In this document: positions 9,441 to 19,498 of the stretch, piece by piece | How the letters are laid out: every line of letters begins with the position of its first letter | Position numbering within the stretch: position 1 is the stretch's first letter | Assembly: GCA_002762985.1 (NCBI GenBank) | Contig: PCXZ01000030.1 | Span: forward strand, 80,399 to 144,398 | Length of the DNA: 64,000 nucleotides | DNA from: Candidatus Woesearchaeota archaeon CG10_big_fil_rev_8_21_14_0_10_44_13 | Lineage (GTDB): Archaea; Nanobdellota; Nanobdellia; Woesearchaeales; UBA12501 | Direction of reading: 5' to 3' | Program-made: the position numbers and the translations under genes | Notes under the pieces: model-generated | What the model was told of the DNA's origin: nothing | Databases searched by the model: none | What the model saw: only the letters and a program-made list of their open reading frames with translations

Positions 9441-10475
9441 ATGATAATAAAAACAGGTGAACCTAAGAAAATGGCCCATTTTGTCTCAATAATAGTGCCT
9501 GTGAAGAATGAACTGAAGTATATCATCGAGTGTGTCAATTCCCTCCTGAATGTCGATTACCCGAAAAACAGCTACGAGATCATCGTAGTGCTTGATAAGA
9601 ATGCGACAGCTGAAGTCGAGAGGGCATTGTCAACTTTCAGGGGAAGGATAAAGGTCGTGAGATCAAAGAGATCAGGGTCAGCTGCGAACAGGAACCTGGG
9701 AGTGATGAAAGCTGACAAAAGGGCGGCATATTTCGCATTCACGGATGCTGACTGCATAGTCAGCAAGAACTGGCTGGGCAGCCTTGTTCACAGGATAAAT
9801 AATTCAAGCAAGGACATAGGCTGCGTAGGCGGATTGAATCTTGTGCCAGAATCAGACAATCAGTTTGCAAAGCTTATCGGCGCAATAGAACAGACCTTGC
9901 TCGGAGGGGGAGGGTCTGCGCAGTCTGCAGTCACAAAGAGGATGAGAATAGTCCAGTCAATACCGAACTGCAATGCCCTGTACAGGAAAGAGCTGTGGAT
10001 TAAGAACAAGCAGGACGAAAACCTTATAATAGGCCAGGACGGAGAATTCAACTACAGGCTCGGAAAGCAGGGAAATAAGTTCTTGATCATACCTAATGCA
10101 GTCGTATGGCACCACAGGACAAACAGCATAAGGAAGCATGTAAGGAGGATGTACAAGTATGGGGAGGCTGCTGCAAGGGTGTTCAAGCTGCACCCGGGCA
10201 TATTGAAAGCAAGGTGGTATGCCTCTTTGTCCTTGTTCGGGATGGCTCTTGTGATAATACTTTTTGTGATATCATTCTCAAGCATTCTCGCATTATACCT
10301 TCTTGAAGGGCTGGTGATTGCATACCTTGCAATGCTGCTTTTGACTACATTGCAGGTCATAGTAAAGCTGAAAAAACCCATCGCCATATTCACTCCGTTC
10401 ATCCTTGCCCTGCAGCACCTGTTCTACAACATAGGTTTTATGGCTGGGCTTGTGGAAATGGAAACCAGAAAGTGA
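9441..10475 (+). CDS. GT2 glycosyltransferase with C-terminal TM helices
   Basis: IVPVKNE, AANRNLG, FTDADC, QDGEF. Confidence 0.9.
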   Translation: MIIKTGEPKKMAHFVSIIVPVKNELKYIIECVNSLLNVDYPKNSYEIIVVLDKNATAEVERALSTFRGRIKVVRSKRSGSAANRNLGVMKADKRAAYFAFTDADCIVSKNWLGSLVHRINNSSKDIGCVGGLNLVPESDNQFAKLIGAIEQTLLGGGGSAQSAVTKRMRIVQSIPNCNALYRKELWIKNKQDENLIIGQDGEFNYRLGKQGNKFLIIPNAVVWHHRTNSIRKHVRRMYKYGEAAARVFKLHPGILKARWYASLSLFGMALVIILFVISFSSILALYLLEGLVIAYLAMLLLTTLQVIVKLKKPIAIFTPFILALQHLFYNIGFMAGLVEMETRK

Positions 10476-10487
10476 TTTATCAGGCCA

Positions 10488-11906
10488 TTATGCCTTCCTG
10501 CAATCAAATATATATGCACTATCTTCCCTGAAGACCTCCCTGCAATATGCGCTTAATCTCTCTGCTGCTTCTTCATTAGGCATCCTGTATATCTCAGGTG
10601 TCTTTGATGTAAGGATCACATAATCTATGCCTAACCTGCCTATATTCCCACTGAGATCGCCGAATATGTCTGCATTGTACTGCATATCAGCCCTGTAATT
10701 GAAAGGCCCCCAGTTGAATGTGGCTACTTTGCCCGGATGCGAGATGATCCACTGGCTCGCATGATACTCGCTGTCTGTCGCTGTCTCCAGCCTGACAAAA
10801 TAGTATGCCGAGAATAAGCCCGCGATGACAGAGCACGCGACCAAGACGGCAGTCATATGGAGGTAGTATCTTTTCAGCCTTATCCTCTCGACAAAATGCC
10901 CCCAGCCGTCAGCTCCGAGTATGGCCAATGGGAACAGCAGGAATGCAAGGTTTCTTGTAGGAGGGAAAGGGGCTATGAACTGGAAGAATGATACAAACAC
11001 AAGGAAAATGACAAATGGATAAATTGTTTTTTTATGCTGCGTTTTCATCCTTGAGAAGAAAGCCAGGAACAATGCGGGCAACCCAACCCTTATTGGTATC
11101 AGATACCAGTAGGAATCTACAACGATCTTTTTTGCTATCCCGAGGCCCGCATTAGGGGGAGGGAATGAGATGTACTTGATCAGCATTGGCATGCTGAGTA
11201 TTGCTGTAGAGGCGGCAAGAAGCGCGATATGCTTTATGAAATCAGACCTTTTCCTTATCAAGACGACAATAAGTAATATGAAGTATGTGAAGCCAAGGTA
11301 AGTGGTATAGCTGTAGAAAAGCAGGACTGAGAATATCAGGGCCAGAATGAAATTCACAGCATAATTCCTGTTCTTCGTGTCTTCGAGCATGCTCAAAAGA
11401 TAGTTGAAGCAGAGCAACGAGAGGATTATGCCTAATATCTGCGGCTGGGCATTGGTCGAGCCCAGGACCATGTATTCAGGGGAAAAGACAGCAAGCGCTG
11501 TAGCAAGCAGGGCCTTCTTTTCATCTAGGAATCTCCTTGCCAGAGGATAGAATGCGAAAACGGCCATTGCCGCAAGCAATGAAGGGAAAAACCTGGCAAA
11601 AAAATCCATCCCGAAATAACTTCCGAACCCCAGGATCACATCGAACAGCGGCGGGTAATTGGGGTAGCTTATGCAGTCCTCAACGCTGATGCTATAGAAT
11701 GCCTTTAAGGGAAACCCCCCGTTCCTGAGGTAACATTCAGCCTTCTGTATGTGCTGCCATGCATCATCGCTTGTAGGGTAAGATGTGTACAAGAAAGGGA
11801 GAAGCATGGCTGCAAATGCCATTAAAAACAGCAGCAGAAGCGTTAAACGGCTTTTGTCTTTAACCATATCTTGGACTATTCCCCTTAAGTTTTTAAATAT
11901 TCCCAT
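10488..11906 (-). CDS. GT-C-like membrane protein (STT3/PMT-like N-terminus)
   Basis: SDDAWQH loop, YPPLF motif, about 12 TM helices. Confidence 0.6.
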   Translation of the reverse strand: MGIFKNLRGIVQDMVKDKSRLTLLLLFLMAFAAMLLPFLYTSYPTSDDAWQHIQKAECYLRNGGFPLKAFYSISVEDCISYPNYPPLFDVILGFGSYFGMDFFARFFPSLLAAMAVFAFYPLARRFLDEKKALLATALAVFSPEYMVLGSTNAQPQILGIILSLLCFNYLLSMLEDTKNRNYAVNFILALIFSVLLFYSYTTYLGFTYFILLIVVLIRKRSDFIKHIALLAASTAILSMPMLIKYISFPPPNAGLGIAKKIVVDSYWYLIPIRVGLPALFLAFFSRMKTQHKKTIYPFVIFLVFVSFFQFIAPFPPTRNLAFLLFPLAILGADGWGHFVERIRLKRYYLHMTAVLVACSVIAGLFSAYYFVRLETATDSEYHASQWIISHPGKVATFNWGPFNYRADMQYNADIFGDLSGNIGRLGIDYVILTSKTPEIYRMPNEEAAERLSAYCREVFREDSAYIFDCRKA

Positions 11907-11912
11907 TAAATC

Positions 11913-12075
11913 GGCTCTGTCCTAAATGAAGGTTAGCATCAATTTGTGAGGCTTCTTCTATATAACAATAAAGACGAGAAGGGGGTTGTCCCTTACGGGG
12001 AATCTCGGCCTTAGGTTAAATAAGCAGAAGCCGAACCGATGCTAACCCGAGTGAAGCGAGATTTAGGACAGAGCC
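11913..12075. mobile_element. 163-bp MITE with 15-bp perfect TIRs and 9-bp target-site duplication
   Basis: GGCTCTGTCCTAAAT (11913-11927) / ATTTAGGACAGAGCC (12061-12075); CATTAAATC at 11904-11912 and 12076-12084; inner IR GGTTAGCATC / GATGCTAACC. Confidence 0.85.
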
Positions 12076-12093
12076 CATTAAATCAGGATTCTT

Positions 12094-12290
12094 GCGCACG
12101 CACAGCGACGGGGTGGGACTACATTAATCCGTAAGGATTTATCGATGTTGCTTGAATTAGTCGGAGGGCTAAAGCTTTAGCTTTATGCCCCCCTTAGTGT
12201 TGCGCTCGACTTGAAAATCGCGGTTGCGGATTTTCAAGATCTGAAAATGGCTTTGCCATTTTCAGCAGATGCGCGTAACCATCTCGAGCG
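12094..12290. other. Multi-hairpin structured non-coding element (ncRNA or REP/MITE-like)
   Basis: At least five stems, including a four-way junction at 12203-12290. Confidence 0.55.
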
Positions 12291-12384
12291 GGACGGTTTT
12301 TGAGGAAAAAATGCCTTTTAAGTTACAACAATACACGAATTTCCCATCGCAACCTTTAAATAACCAAGTATAAAATAAAACATT

Positions 12385-14319
12385 ATGTGCGGGATAAACG
12401 GCATAGCTGGGTTCGAGGACAAGGAACTCATAAAGAGGATGAATGATGCAGTCGCCCACAGGGGCCCTGATGATTCAGGATTCTTCTCTGACAGGAATGT
12501 TTGCCTCGGCCACAGGAGATTGAGCATAATCGACCTGAGCAAGAGGGGCCACCAGCCCATGTGCAACGAGAACAAGGATATCTGGATAGTTTTCAATGGC
12601 GAGATATACAACTTCAGGGAGCTGAAGAAAGAGCTTGATGAGAAAGGCCATAGGTTCAGCAGCGATTCTGATACAGAGGCGATAATCCACCTTTATGAGG
12701 AGGAAGGGATTGGCTGCGTCAGGAGGCTCAAGGGCATCTTTGCGTTCGCGATATATGATTCGAAAAAGAAGATCGTCTTCATCGCCCGGGACCAGCTTGG
12801 GGTGAAGCCATTGCATTACGCTTTTGTGGATAATGGCAGCAACATGCTCTTCGCGTCAGAGATAAAATCGATCCTCCAATGCGAAAATGTAAGGAGGGAA
12901 GTGAACCTCAATGGCCTCCATAAATTCATGAACTTCAATTACATATTCGGCGGCGAGACATTGTTCAGGGGCATCTTCAAGCTCAACCCTGGCCATTGCT
13001 TGGTCTATGATATAAAGACGAAAAAGCACAGGATAGGTAAGTACTGGGAATTGAAGATAGAGAAGACAGACCACCCCGAGGATTATTATGTCGGAAGGAT
13101 AAGGGAAGGGCTTTCAGAATCGATAAGGATGCAGCTTGTCTCTGATGTGCCTTTAGGGGTTTTCCTCTCAGGAGGCATTGATTCAAGCTCTATCGTGGCA
13201 TTGATGTCGGAATTCGATGACATTGAAAAGCCGATAAAGACCTATGCAGTAGGGTTCAATGAGCCATGGGATGAACTGCATGATGCAAAAAGGGTCAGCG
13301 ATAAGTTCGGCACTGACCACCATGAGATCTATGTCGAAAGCGATGTCCTTAAGCATTACCCTGAGTTCATATGGCATATGGACACGCCAAAGACCAACAT
13401 AAGCCCGCAATTCTACATCTCGAAGCTTGCAAAAAGGTCTGTGACTGTCGCATTGACGGGCCTCGGAGGAGATGAGCTTTTTGCCGGCTATAGGAGGCAT
13501 AAGTATTATTACCATCAGGAAAAAATAAGCGCGATGATACCTGAATCCCTCGGGAAGCCTTTCTTCAGCGCGATGAGCAGGATAGCATTGTCAAACTACC
13601 TCAAAAGAGGGATGATATACCTTGCAAACATACATGATGAAGAGAAGACCTACACTATCGCTGCGCCGTTGCTTGTCTATGAGGATGAGAGGGACGACCT
13701 TTATGGAGAGGGGATGAAGAAGGCAGGATTGCAGGATTTCAAGGACATGCTCAAGCCTTATCTCTCACAGAAGACCAAGAATGATGATGCTGATTATTAC
13801 AACCAGACGCTGAAGATGGAGATAAAGACATACCTCAATGATGACCTCCTCGAGAGGATGGACAGGATGTCCATGGCCCATGCTGTTGAAGCTAGGGTCC
13901 CGTTCCTCGACCATGATTTTGTAGAGTTCGCATTCTCGATACCAAACAAGTACAGGAGGTTCAAGCTAGGCACAACATCAGGCAAGGACCTTCTGTGCAA
14001 GGCCATGAAGGGCAAGGTCCCTGATTTTGTCTTCAAGAAGAAGAAGGTCGGATTCAACATGAGCCCTTATTACTGGTTCAAGGCCCACCTGAGGGAGCAC
14101 ATAAAGAACATACTGACGAAAGAGGCAGTGTACAGGAGGGGGCTTTTCAGCTACAAGTATGTGGAGAGATTCCTGAACAAGAAGCCGTCTGAAAACCTCT
14201 ATTACCAGTACCAGACATTGTGGAACATGATGGCATTCGAGATATGGCACCAGATGTATATCGATGCTGACAGGAAGCGGATCATGAAGCCGAAGATGGG
14301 GATAGAGGATTATTCATGA
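12385..14319 (+). CDS. asnB: Asparagine synthase (glutamine-hydrolysing)-like amidotransferase, glycan-associated
   Basis: MCGING, HRGPD, FNGEIYN, LSGGIDSS, G.GGDELF.GY, EARVPFLD. Confidence 0.93.
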   Translation: MCGINGIAGFEDKELIKRMNDAVAHRGPDDSGFFSDRNVCLGHRRLSIIDLSKRGHQPMCNENKDIWIVFNGEIYNFRELKKELDEKGHRFSSDSDTEAIIHLYEEEGIGCVRRLKGIFAFAIYDSKKKIVFIARDQLGVKPLHYAFVDNGSNMLFASEIKSILQCENVRREVNLNGLHKFMNFNYIFGGETLFRGIFKLNPGHCLVYDIKTKKHRIGKYWELKIEKTDHPEDYYVGRIREGLSESIRMQLVSDVPLGVFLSGGIDSSSIVALMSEFDDIEKPIKTYAVGFNEPWDELHDAKRVSDKFGTDHHEIYVESDVLKHYPEFIWHMDTPKTNISPQFYISKLAKRSVTVALTGLGGDELFAGYRRHKYYYHQEKISAMIPESLGKPFFSAMSRIALSNYLKRGMIYLANIHDEEKTYTIAAPLLVYEDERDDLYGEGMKKAGLQDFKDMLKPYLSQKTKNDDADYYNQTLKMEIKTYLNDDLLERMDRMSMAHAVEARVPFLDHDFVEFAFSIPNKYRRFKLGTTSGKDLLCKAMKGKVPDFVFKKKKVGFNMSPYYWFKAHLREHIKNILTKEAVYRRGLFSYKYVERFLNKKPSENLYYQYQTLWNMMAFEIWHQMYIDADRKRIMKPKMGIEDYS

Positions 14320-16178
14320 AAAACATGAAAAAGGCAGGCAGGAAGAAAGGGAGAGATGACAAGAAGGTAATGAAAGGCCTGGATGGGGGGAAAGGAGCAA
14401 AGTCAGCAAAAACAAAAGACAGAACAATGAAAACCCTTTTCTTCGATGATGATAATATAATGGTGCATGTAGGCGGCGATTCTGTCAAAAGGAACGCAAA
14501 AGAATACCTCACAAAAGAGGATTATGCCTACATGGACAATGAGACATATAAGTTCTTCATGGATTTCGCAGGGCTTCATCCTGACCTCAGGGATTATTTC
14601 GATTACAACGGCATGAATGTCCTGGATTTTGTCGAGGAAGAATTTTGCTTCAAATCAATATTCTCTTACACCATAAAGGACATAGTGAGGGCTATCGGCA
14701 CTACGATGAAGGTGATAGACGCTGAGCAGCCTTTCAAGGTTATAGTGAAAGATGATGTCTCGATAAAAAACAGATGTGCGTTGATGACGGCAAGGGCGAT
14801 GGGCATGAAAACAGGCATAAGCTCGTTTGGATTGCCAAAAAGGATCAATAAGCTCATAAGATCCGATCTTATGTCATATGGTTATGAGATATACCTCAAA
14901 ATCCAGAAATTCAGGAGAAGATTGGACCAGAGGATGGAAAAGGGCAGGGGAGGGATATTGCTGCTGCCATATTATGCTAACCATGCTGATGTCATGAGCC
15001 CGATCATAAGCCTGCTGAAAAAGAAAAAAGAGGATTTTGATGTCGTATGCGTAGATAATATCTTCAATGTTACGAAAAAAAGGCTTGACAGGTATGGGAT
15101 AGGTTATGAGATATTTGAGCATTATTCCAACAAGAAGGTGATGAGTCTTGTGGATACCAATGAAGAGGAATTCAGGGCAAAATGGAAACAGCTCGATAAG
15201 GATATTGAGGCCCAGAACGAGATCAGGTACAGGAAGATAGGTTTGTGGGATATCCTCAGGCCCAGGCTAAGGTTCCTCTTCCTCAGGAGATTCGCACAGG
15301 TCTCAGAGTACATAGAGACAACAAGGCATATGATCTCTGTAAAGAAGCCTTCAATAATTGTGATAGCGAATGACACATCGACTTATGGTAGGGTCGCTGC
15401 AGCTGTCTCAGGGATGGAATCAGTGCCAAACCTGCTTGTCCAGCACGGCGCAGTCGCAGACGAACCGAAGTACAACAGGATATTTGCAGATGATATGGCT
15501 GTTGAAGGGCCTGAAGTCAGGAGATTCTTTATTGAGAAGGGCCTTCCGGAAAACAAGTTCATGGTTACAGGCCAGCCAAGATATGATGTCCTTGCGAGAA
15601 GGGAAGGGATACCGGGCAGGGATGAGATGTGCAGCAAGCTTGGCATAGACGGCAAAAAGAAGGTGATTGTCCTTGCAACACAGGTCCCAGAATGCAATGA
15701 GAAGGTAGTAAGGGCAGTCTATGATGCAGTAAAAGGCATGCAGGACTGCTTTCTTGTAGTGAAGCTCCATCCTGCTGAAAGGACAGACAGGATGTACCAG
15801 GACCTGAGAAAGGAGACAGGGATAAAGAATATAGTGATAGGGAAGGATATCCACCTCTATGGCCTGTTGAATGCCTGCGAGCTCATGATTACTGTCTTCT
15901 CGACTACTGCATTAGAGGCCATGATGCTTGACAGGCCCGTGATCACGATCAACCTGACAGGAGAGCCTGACATGATGCCATACGCAAGCTCTGGAGCTGC
16001 TCTAGGAGTCTACAAGGCAGATGACCTTAAGGATGCGATTGAAAAGGTCATGCATGACAGGAAGACAAAGGAAGCATTGGATAAGAATAGGGAGAAATTC
16101 GTCTATGGCCTTGTCTATAAGATGGATGGTAAGGCGAGCGAGAGGGTTTATTCCCTTATGAAAAATTTGAGAAGATGA
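14316..16178 (+). CDS. GT-B-fold surface-carbohydrate biosynthesis protein (capsule/CDP-glycerol transferase-like; candidate nonulosonate transferase)
   Basis: VQHG, TGQPRYD, VKLHP.E, STTALEA, DGKASER. Confidence 0.65.
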   Translation: MKNMKKAGRKKGRDDKKVMKGLDGGKGAKSAKTKDRTMKTLFFDDDNIMVHVGGDSVKRNAKEYLTKEDYAYMDNETYKFFMDFAGLHPDLRDYFDYNGMNVLDFVEEEFCFKSIFSYTIKDIVRAIGTTMKVIDAEQPFKVIVKDDVSIKNRCALMTARAMGMKTGISSFGLPKRINKLIRSDLMSYGYEIYLKIQKFRRRLDQRMEKGRGGILLLPYYANHADVMSPIISLLKKKKEDFDVVCVDNIFNVTKKRLDRYGIGYEIFEHYSNKKVMSLVDTNEEEFRAKWKQLDKDIEAQNEIRYRKIGLWDILRPRLRFLFLRRFAQVSEYIETTRHMISVKKPSIIVIANDTSTYGRVAAAVSGMESVPNLLVQHGAVADEPKYNRIFADDMAVEGPEVRRFFIEKGLPENKFMVTGQPRYDVLARREGIPGRDEMCSKLGIDGKKKVIVLATQVPECNEKVVRAVYDAVKGMQDCFLVVKLHPAERTDRMYQDLRKETGIKNIVIGKDIHLYGLLNACELMITVFSTTALEAMMLDRPVITINLTGEPDMMPYASSGAALGVYKADDLKDAIEKVMHDRKTKEALDKNREKFVYGLVYKMDGKASERVYSLMKNLRR

Positions 16179-16208
16179 TGAAAGGGATGATGGATACATG
16201 GTAAATCC

Positions 16209-18026
16209 TTAACTCCTAGAAATCCTATAGAAGAATATCTGATTTTTTTCGTCATAATATAAAAGAGTCATGTTTAGATTGGAATATGCATTGAGCTGTT
16301 CTTGCAAGGGGATATCTTTAATGGGGATTATCAGCACATAAGAGATATTGTAATAATCAATCTCCTGCTCATCCCTCCTGAGGAACAATGAGGCATTCAC
16401 AAGCCCTTTCTCATCGATTATATAATGGGAGTATTTGCCTAACAGCCCCTCTATCTGCATGAGATAGCTTTGCTCCCTTTTCTCGTCGAGTTTGGCCTGG
16501 TAATAAGGGTCCATCACTGCCCTCATCCTAGTATAATGATAGACCTCCCATGTTGGGGTCATGATCACTCCATGCCTGTCAAGATTTGCAGAAGCCCATC
16601 TGCCCAATCTTTCAAGGCCCTGCTGCTCGCTGAGAAACTGCTGCTGAGGGGATCTTGTATAATCAAGCAGGCTGGAAAGGTCGTAAAATGAGAATGCGAT
16701 TGTTGCTATGATGAATAGGGCTGTCCAAAAAACACGGCTTGGCTTTTTCCTCTTCTTCAATATGGATAGGACATGATTGACTGCGATAGGCGCACCCATC
16801 AAAAAGAAGGGAAAGAAATACCTGTCCCTCCATAAATACCACCCGCCTATTGAAACGAAGTAGGCCATGGAGAATATGATGGATGATACCAAGAATATCT
16901 TCTCATAATCTGAAAGATCATGCTTCAGATGGCATATCAGCTTATCAGCTGCGCTGCCATGGCTGCTACCCCCATTGCGCATGAACCTGCCGGTCGGTTT
17001 GCCAAGGAATCTGTCGATAAATGAGAGTATGAGGAATATGAGGATTAAAGGGGTGAATATCCAAGGCAGACGGAATATCATCTTATATGCTGTGAAAACC
17101 TTCGCATTGATTATGTTGGCAGGCGGCTCGCTCAGATAAGACTGCAGTGTTGGCTGGCTTGTATCATACATGAGCCTGTGCCAGTTAAGCGAATATTTGT
17201 AGAGATTTGTGGCGCTATAGAAAGGTTTTCCAAAATTGTCATAGGTGTATAACCCAAGAGGCACCATGATTATGGCGAAGGCCAGGACCATCATCATGAG
17301 GCCTTTCTTGCTTATGTCCCTCTTCTCGAAGAAAATGAAGAACATGAACAGTAGCATGATTGAGCCGAAAAAAACCAGGCCGAGATAGTTGATATAAGTG
17401 AGTATCGCAAATAGTATTCCCGATGCGATATAATGCTTAGGTTCATTCTTTTTGAACGTGAAGTAGAGGGAAGTTATTGTCAAGACGAAGAAAAAGAAAT
17501 AAACGCTTTCCCTCATTATTATCCCTGCAGAGTATATAGAGGTGGCATTTACTGCAACAATCAACGTCGATATGACCCCCACAGTCCGATTGTATAAGCG
17601 GGACGAGAGCAGATATATTATGACCAGCATAAGGATGTAAAAAAACAATGAAGAGAGTTTTGCTATCGCTATCGAGCTGCCGAAAAGCCAGAATGCCCCT
17701 GCAAGGATATAATGATAGCCAGGAGGGTAGACTGGGCTTGGATAAGGGATTAAAGGGATCCTGAACCAGTATGTCCATACAAAATCCTGCACAGGGCCTT
17801 TCCCATCATGGATGTTCTCTGCAATATTATAATGGTATGCCTCATCACCTCTTTCAAGGAACCTGTCGAATCCGGCAGTAGTCGTTATGAAATATAAGAC
17901 GCAACCTGCGCCTGCAGCAAGGATAAGCATGACCAACAAGAACGGCTTAAGTTCATGTTTCATCCCTGTTGATGCGGATTTACTGGATTTCCTGGTTTTC
18001 CTTGTGTTCCTGGTTTTTTTCGCCAT
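16209..18026 (-). CDS. GT-C (ArnT/PMT_2-like) membrane glycosyltransferase
   Basis: GDEAYHYNIAENI, YPPGY, RES and DRY motifs, multi-TM. Confidence 0.75.
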   Translation of the reverse strand: MAKKTRNTRKTRKSSKSASTGMKHELKPFLLVMLILAAGAGCVLYFITTTAGFDRFLERGDEAYHYNIAENIHDGKGPVQDFVWTYWFRIPLIPYPSPVYPPGYHYILAGAFWLFGSSIAIAKLSSLFFYILMLVIIYLLSSRLYNRTVGVISTLIVAVNATSIYSAGIIMRESVYFFFFVLTITSLYFTFKKNEPKHYIASGILFAILTYINYLGLVFFGSIMLLFMFFIFFEKRDISKKGLMMMVLAFAIIMVPLGLYTYDNFGKPFYSATNLYKYSLNWHRLMYDTSQPTLQSYLSEPPANIINAKVFTAYKMIFRLPWIFTPLILIFLILSFIDRFLGKPTGRFMRNGGSSHGSAADKLICHLKHDLSDYEKIFLVSSIIFSMAYFVSIGGWYLWRDRYFFPFFLMGAPIAVNHVLSILKKRKKPSRVFWTALFIIATIAFSFYDLSSLLDYTRSPQQQFLSEQQGLERLGRWASANLDRHGVIMTPTWEVYHYTRMRAVMDPYYQAKLDEKREQSYLMQIEGLLGKYSHYIIDEKGLVNASLFLRRDEQEIDYYNISYVLIIPIKDIPLQEQLNAYSNLNMTLLYYDEKNQIFFYRISRS

Positions 18027-18151
18027 GTTGTCCTTCTTATCCTTGTAGCCGGATTGATTTATCCTATCTTACCCATCTTATCTTTATCTGATGGCATGAT
18101 ATGCCGATAATGACTGGCTGATAAGGGCATGCTGATCATGATACCCCTATC

Positions 18152-19498
18152 TCATCTGCTGGATTTTTTTGCCGTGTTTGCCATGAATTCCCTGAATGAA
18201 TCTATGACCCAATCAAGCTGCAGGCCATCTATCCCTGGATAAACGCCTATGAAGAAAGAATTCCTTGCGACAGTGTCAGAATTCCCGAGATTGCCTGAGA
18301 TCCTAATATTCGCGTCTTTATATGCCGGCTGTTTTGCGATATTGCCTGCGAAGATCATGCGTGTCTCTATCATCCTGCCGTTCAGCCATTCAAGCAGTTC
18401 CTGTCTCGAGAAAGGCGCATCCTCCCTGACGGACATCGGGAACGCAAACCACGATACATCCGATCTATCCAATGCCCGCGGCAGGACAAGATGATTGTCA
18501 TACGCCGAAAGCGCTTCGAAGAGCCTTGCGAAATTTTCCTTGCGTTTTTTTATGAATCCAGGCAGTTTTTCAAGCTGTGCAAGGCCCATTGCCGCCTGCA
18601 GATCCAGGGGTTTCATATTGTAGCCAATGTTAGTATAAAGATACCTGTGGTCCCATGGCTGGCCGTCAAGCTTGAACTTGAATCTTGAATTGCATGTGCC
18701 ATTTGGGTTTTTCTCGTCCCACTTGCAATAACAGGCGCGACCCCATGACCTCAGTGAGGATGTTATCTTCGCCAGCTCATCATCGTCTGTTGCAACTGCC
18801 CCCCCTTCCCCCATCGTTATGTGGTGGGCAGGATAAAAGCTGAATGTGCTCATATGGCCAAAGGCACCTGCCTGTTTTATGCCATATCTTGAACCTAATG
18901 CATCACAGCAGTCCTCTATGACAAACAAGCCGTGTTTTTCTGACAAGGCCATTATCTCGTCCATATCATTAGGATTGCCCAGGGTGTGGGGCACGAATAT
19001 TGCCTTTGTTTTCCTTGTGATTGCCTTTTTTGCGGCAGATAAGTCCATATTGCAGGTGTCCACCTCAACATCAACAAGGACAGGGATAAGATTGTTCTGC
19101 AATATGGGGTTGAGTGTCGTCGGGAATGTGACTGCGGGGGTTATCACCTCGTCCCGGGGGTTGAGGTGCCTGCTGAAGCTCCTGGAGCATAATGCTGATA
19201 CTGCCAGCAGGTTTGCTGAAGACCCTGAATTCGCCAGCAGCACATGCTTGACATTGAGGAATCTTGCCAGCTTTGATTCGAATTCATCACCATACCTTCC
19301 CAGGGTCAGCCAGAAATCCAGCAATGAGTCCGCCATCGCATTCATCTCTTTATCATCGAACACCCTTCCGCCGTAATGCACCTTTGATTTTCCAGGGATG
19401 AATCTCTTATCGGCGAATTTAAGGGAATGAAACTCTTTTATCTTTGAGAATATCTCTTTCCTGAGTCTTTTTTCATTCAGATCTTTTTTATCATCCAT
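18152..19498 (-). CDS. rfbH: CDP-4-keto-6-deoxyglucose 3-dehydratase E1 (RfbH/DdhC)
   Basis: NSGSSANL, EDCCDALG, SFYPAHHITMGEGG (His in place of the PLP Lys), WGRACYC...C Fe-S motif. Confidence 0.92.
   Translation of the reverse strand: MDDKKDLNEKRLRKEIFSKIKEFHSLKFADKRFIPGKSKVHYGGRVFDDKEMNAMADSLLDFWLTLGRYGDEFESKLARFLNVKHVLLANSGSSANLLAVSALCSRSFSRHLNPRDEVITPAVTFPTTLNPILQNNLIPVLVDVEVDTCNMDLSAAKKAITRKTKAIFVPHTLGNPNDMDEIMALSEKHGLFVIEDCCDALGSRYGIKQAGAFGHMSTFSFYPAHHITMGEGGAVATDDDELAKITSSLRSWGRACYCKWDEKNPNGTCNSRFKFKLDGQPWDHRYLYTNIGYNMKPLDLQAAMGLAQLEKLPGFIKKRKENFARLFEALSAYDNHLVLPRALDRSDVSWFAFPMSVREDAPFSRQELLEWLNGRMIETRMIFAGNIAKQPAYKDANIRISGNLGNSDTVARNSFFIGVYPGIDGLQLDWVIDSFREFMANTAKKSSR

Noticed and set aside
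12105-12295. Possible minus-strand tRNA, RNase P or SRP RNA (GCGACGGGGTGGGACT resembles a reverse-complemented tRNA 3' end)
   Set aside because: No TTCGA T-loop, no complementary acceptor stem, and no GAGGAAAGTCC or SRP helix-8 motif found
18027-18151. Short repeated words in spacers (TATCTT, ATCATTCTAT, GTTTTT; also about 20470, 25510 and 37150)
   Set aside because: Low-complexity sequence with no regular repeat-spacer period; not CRISPR
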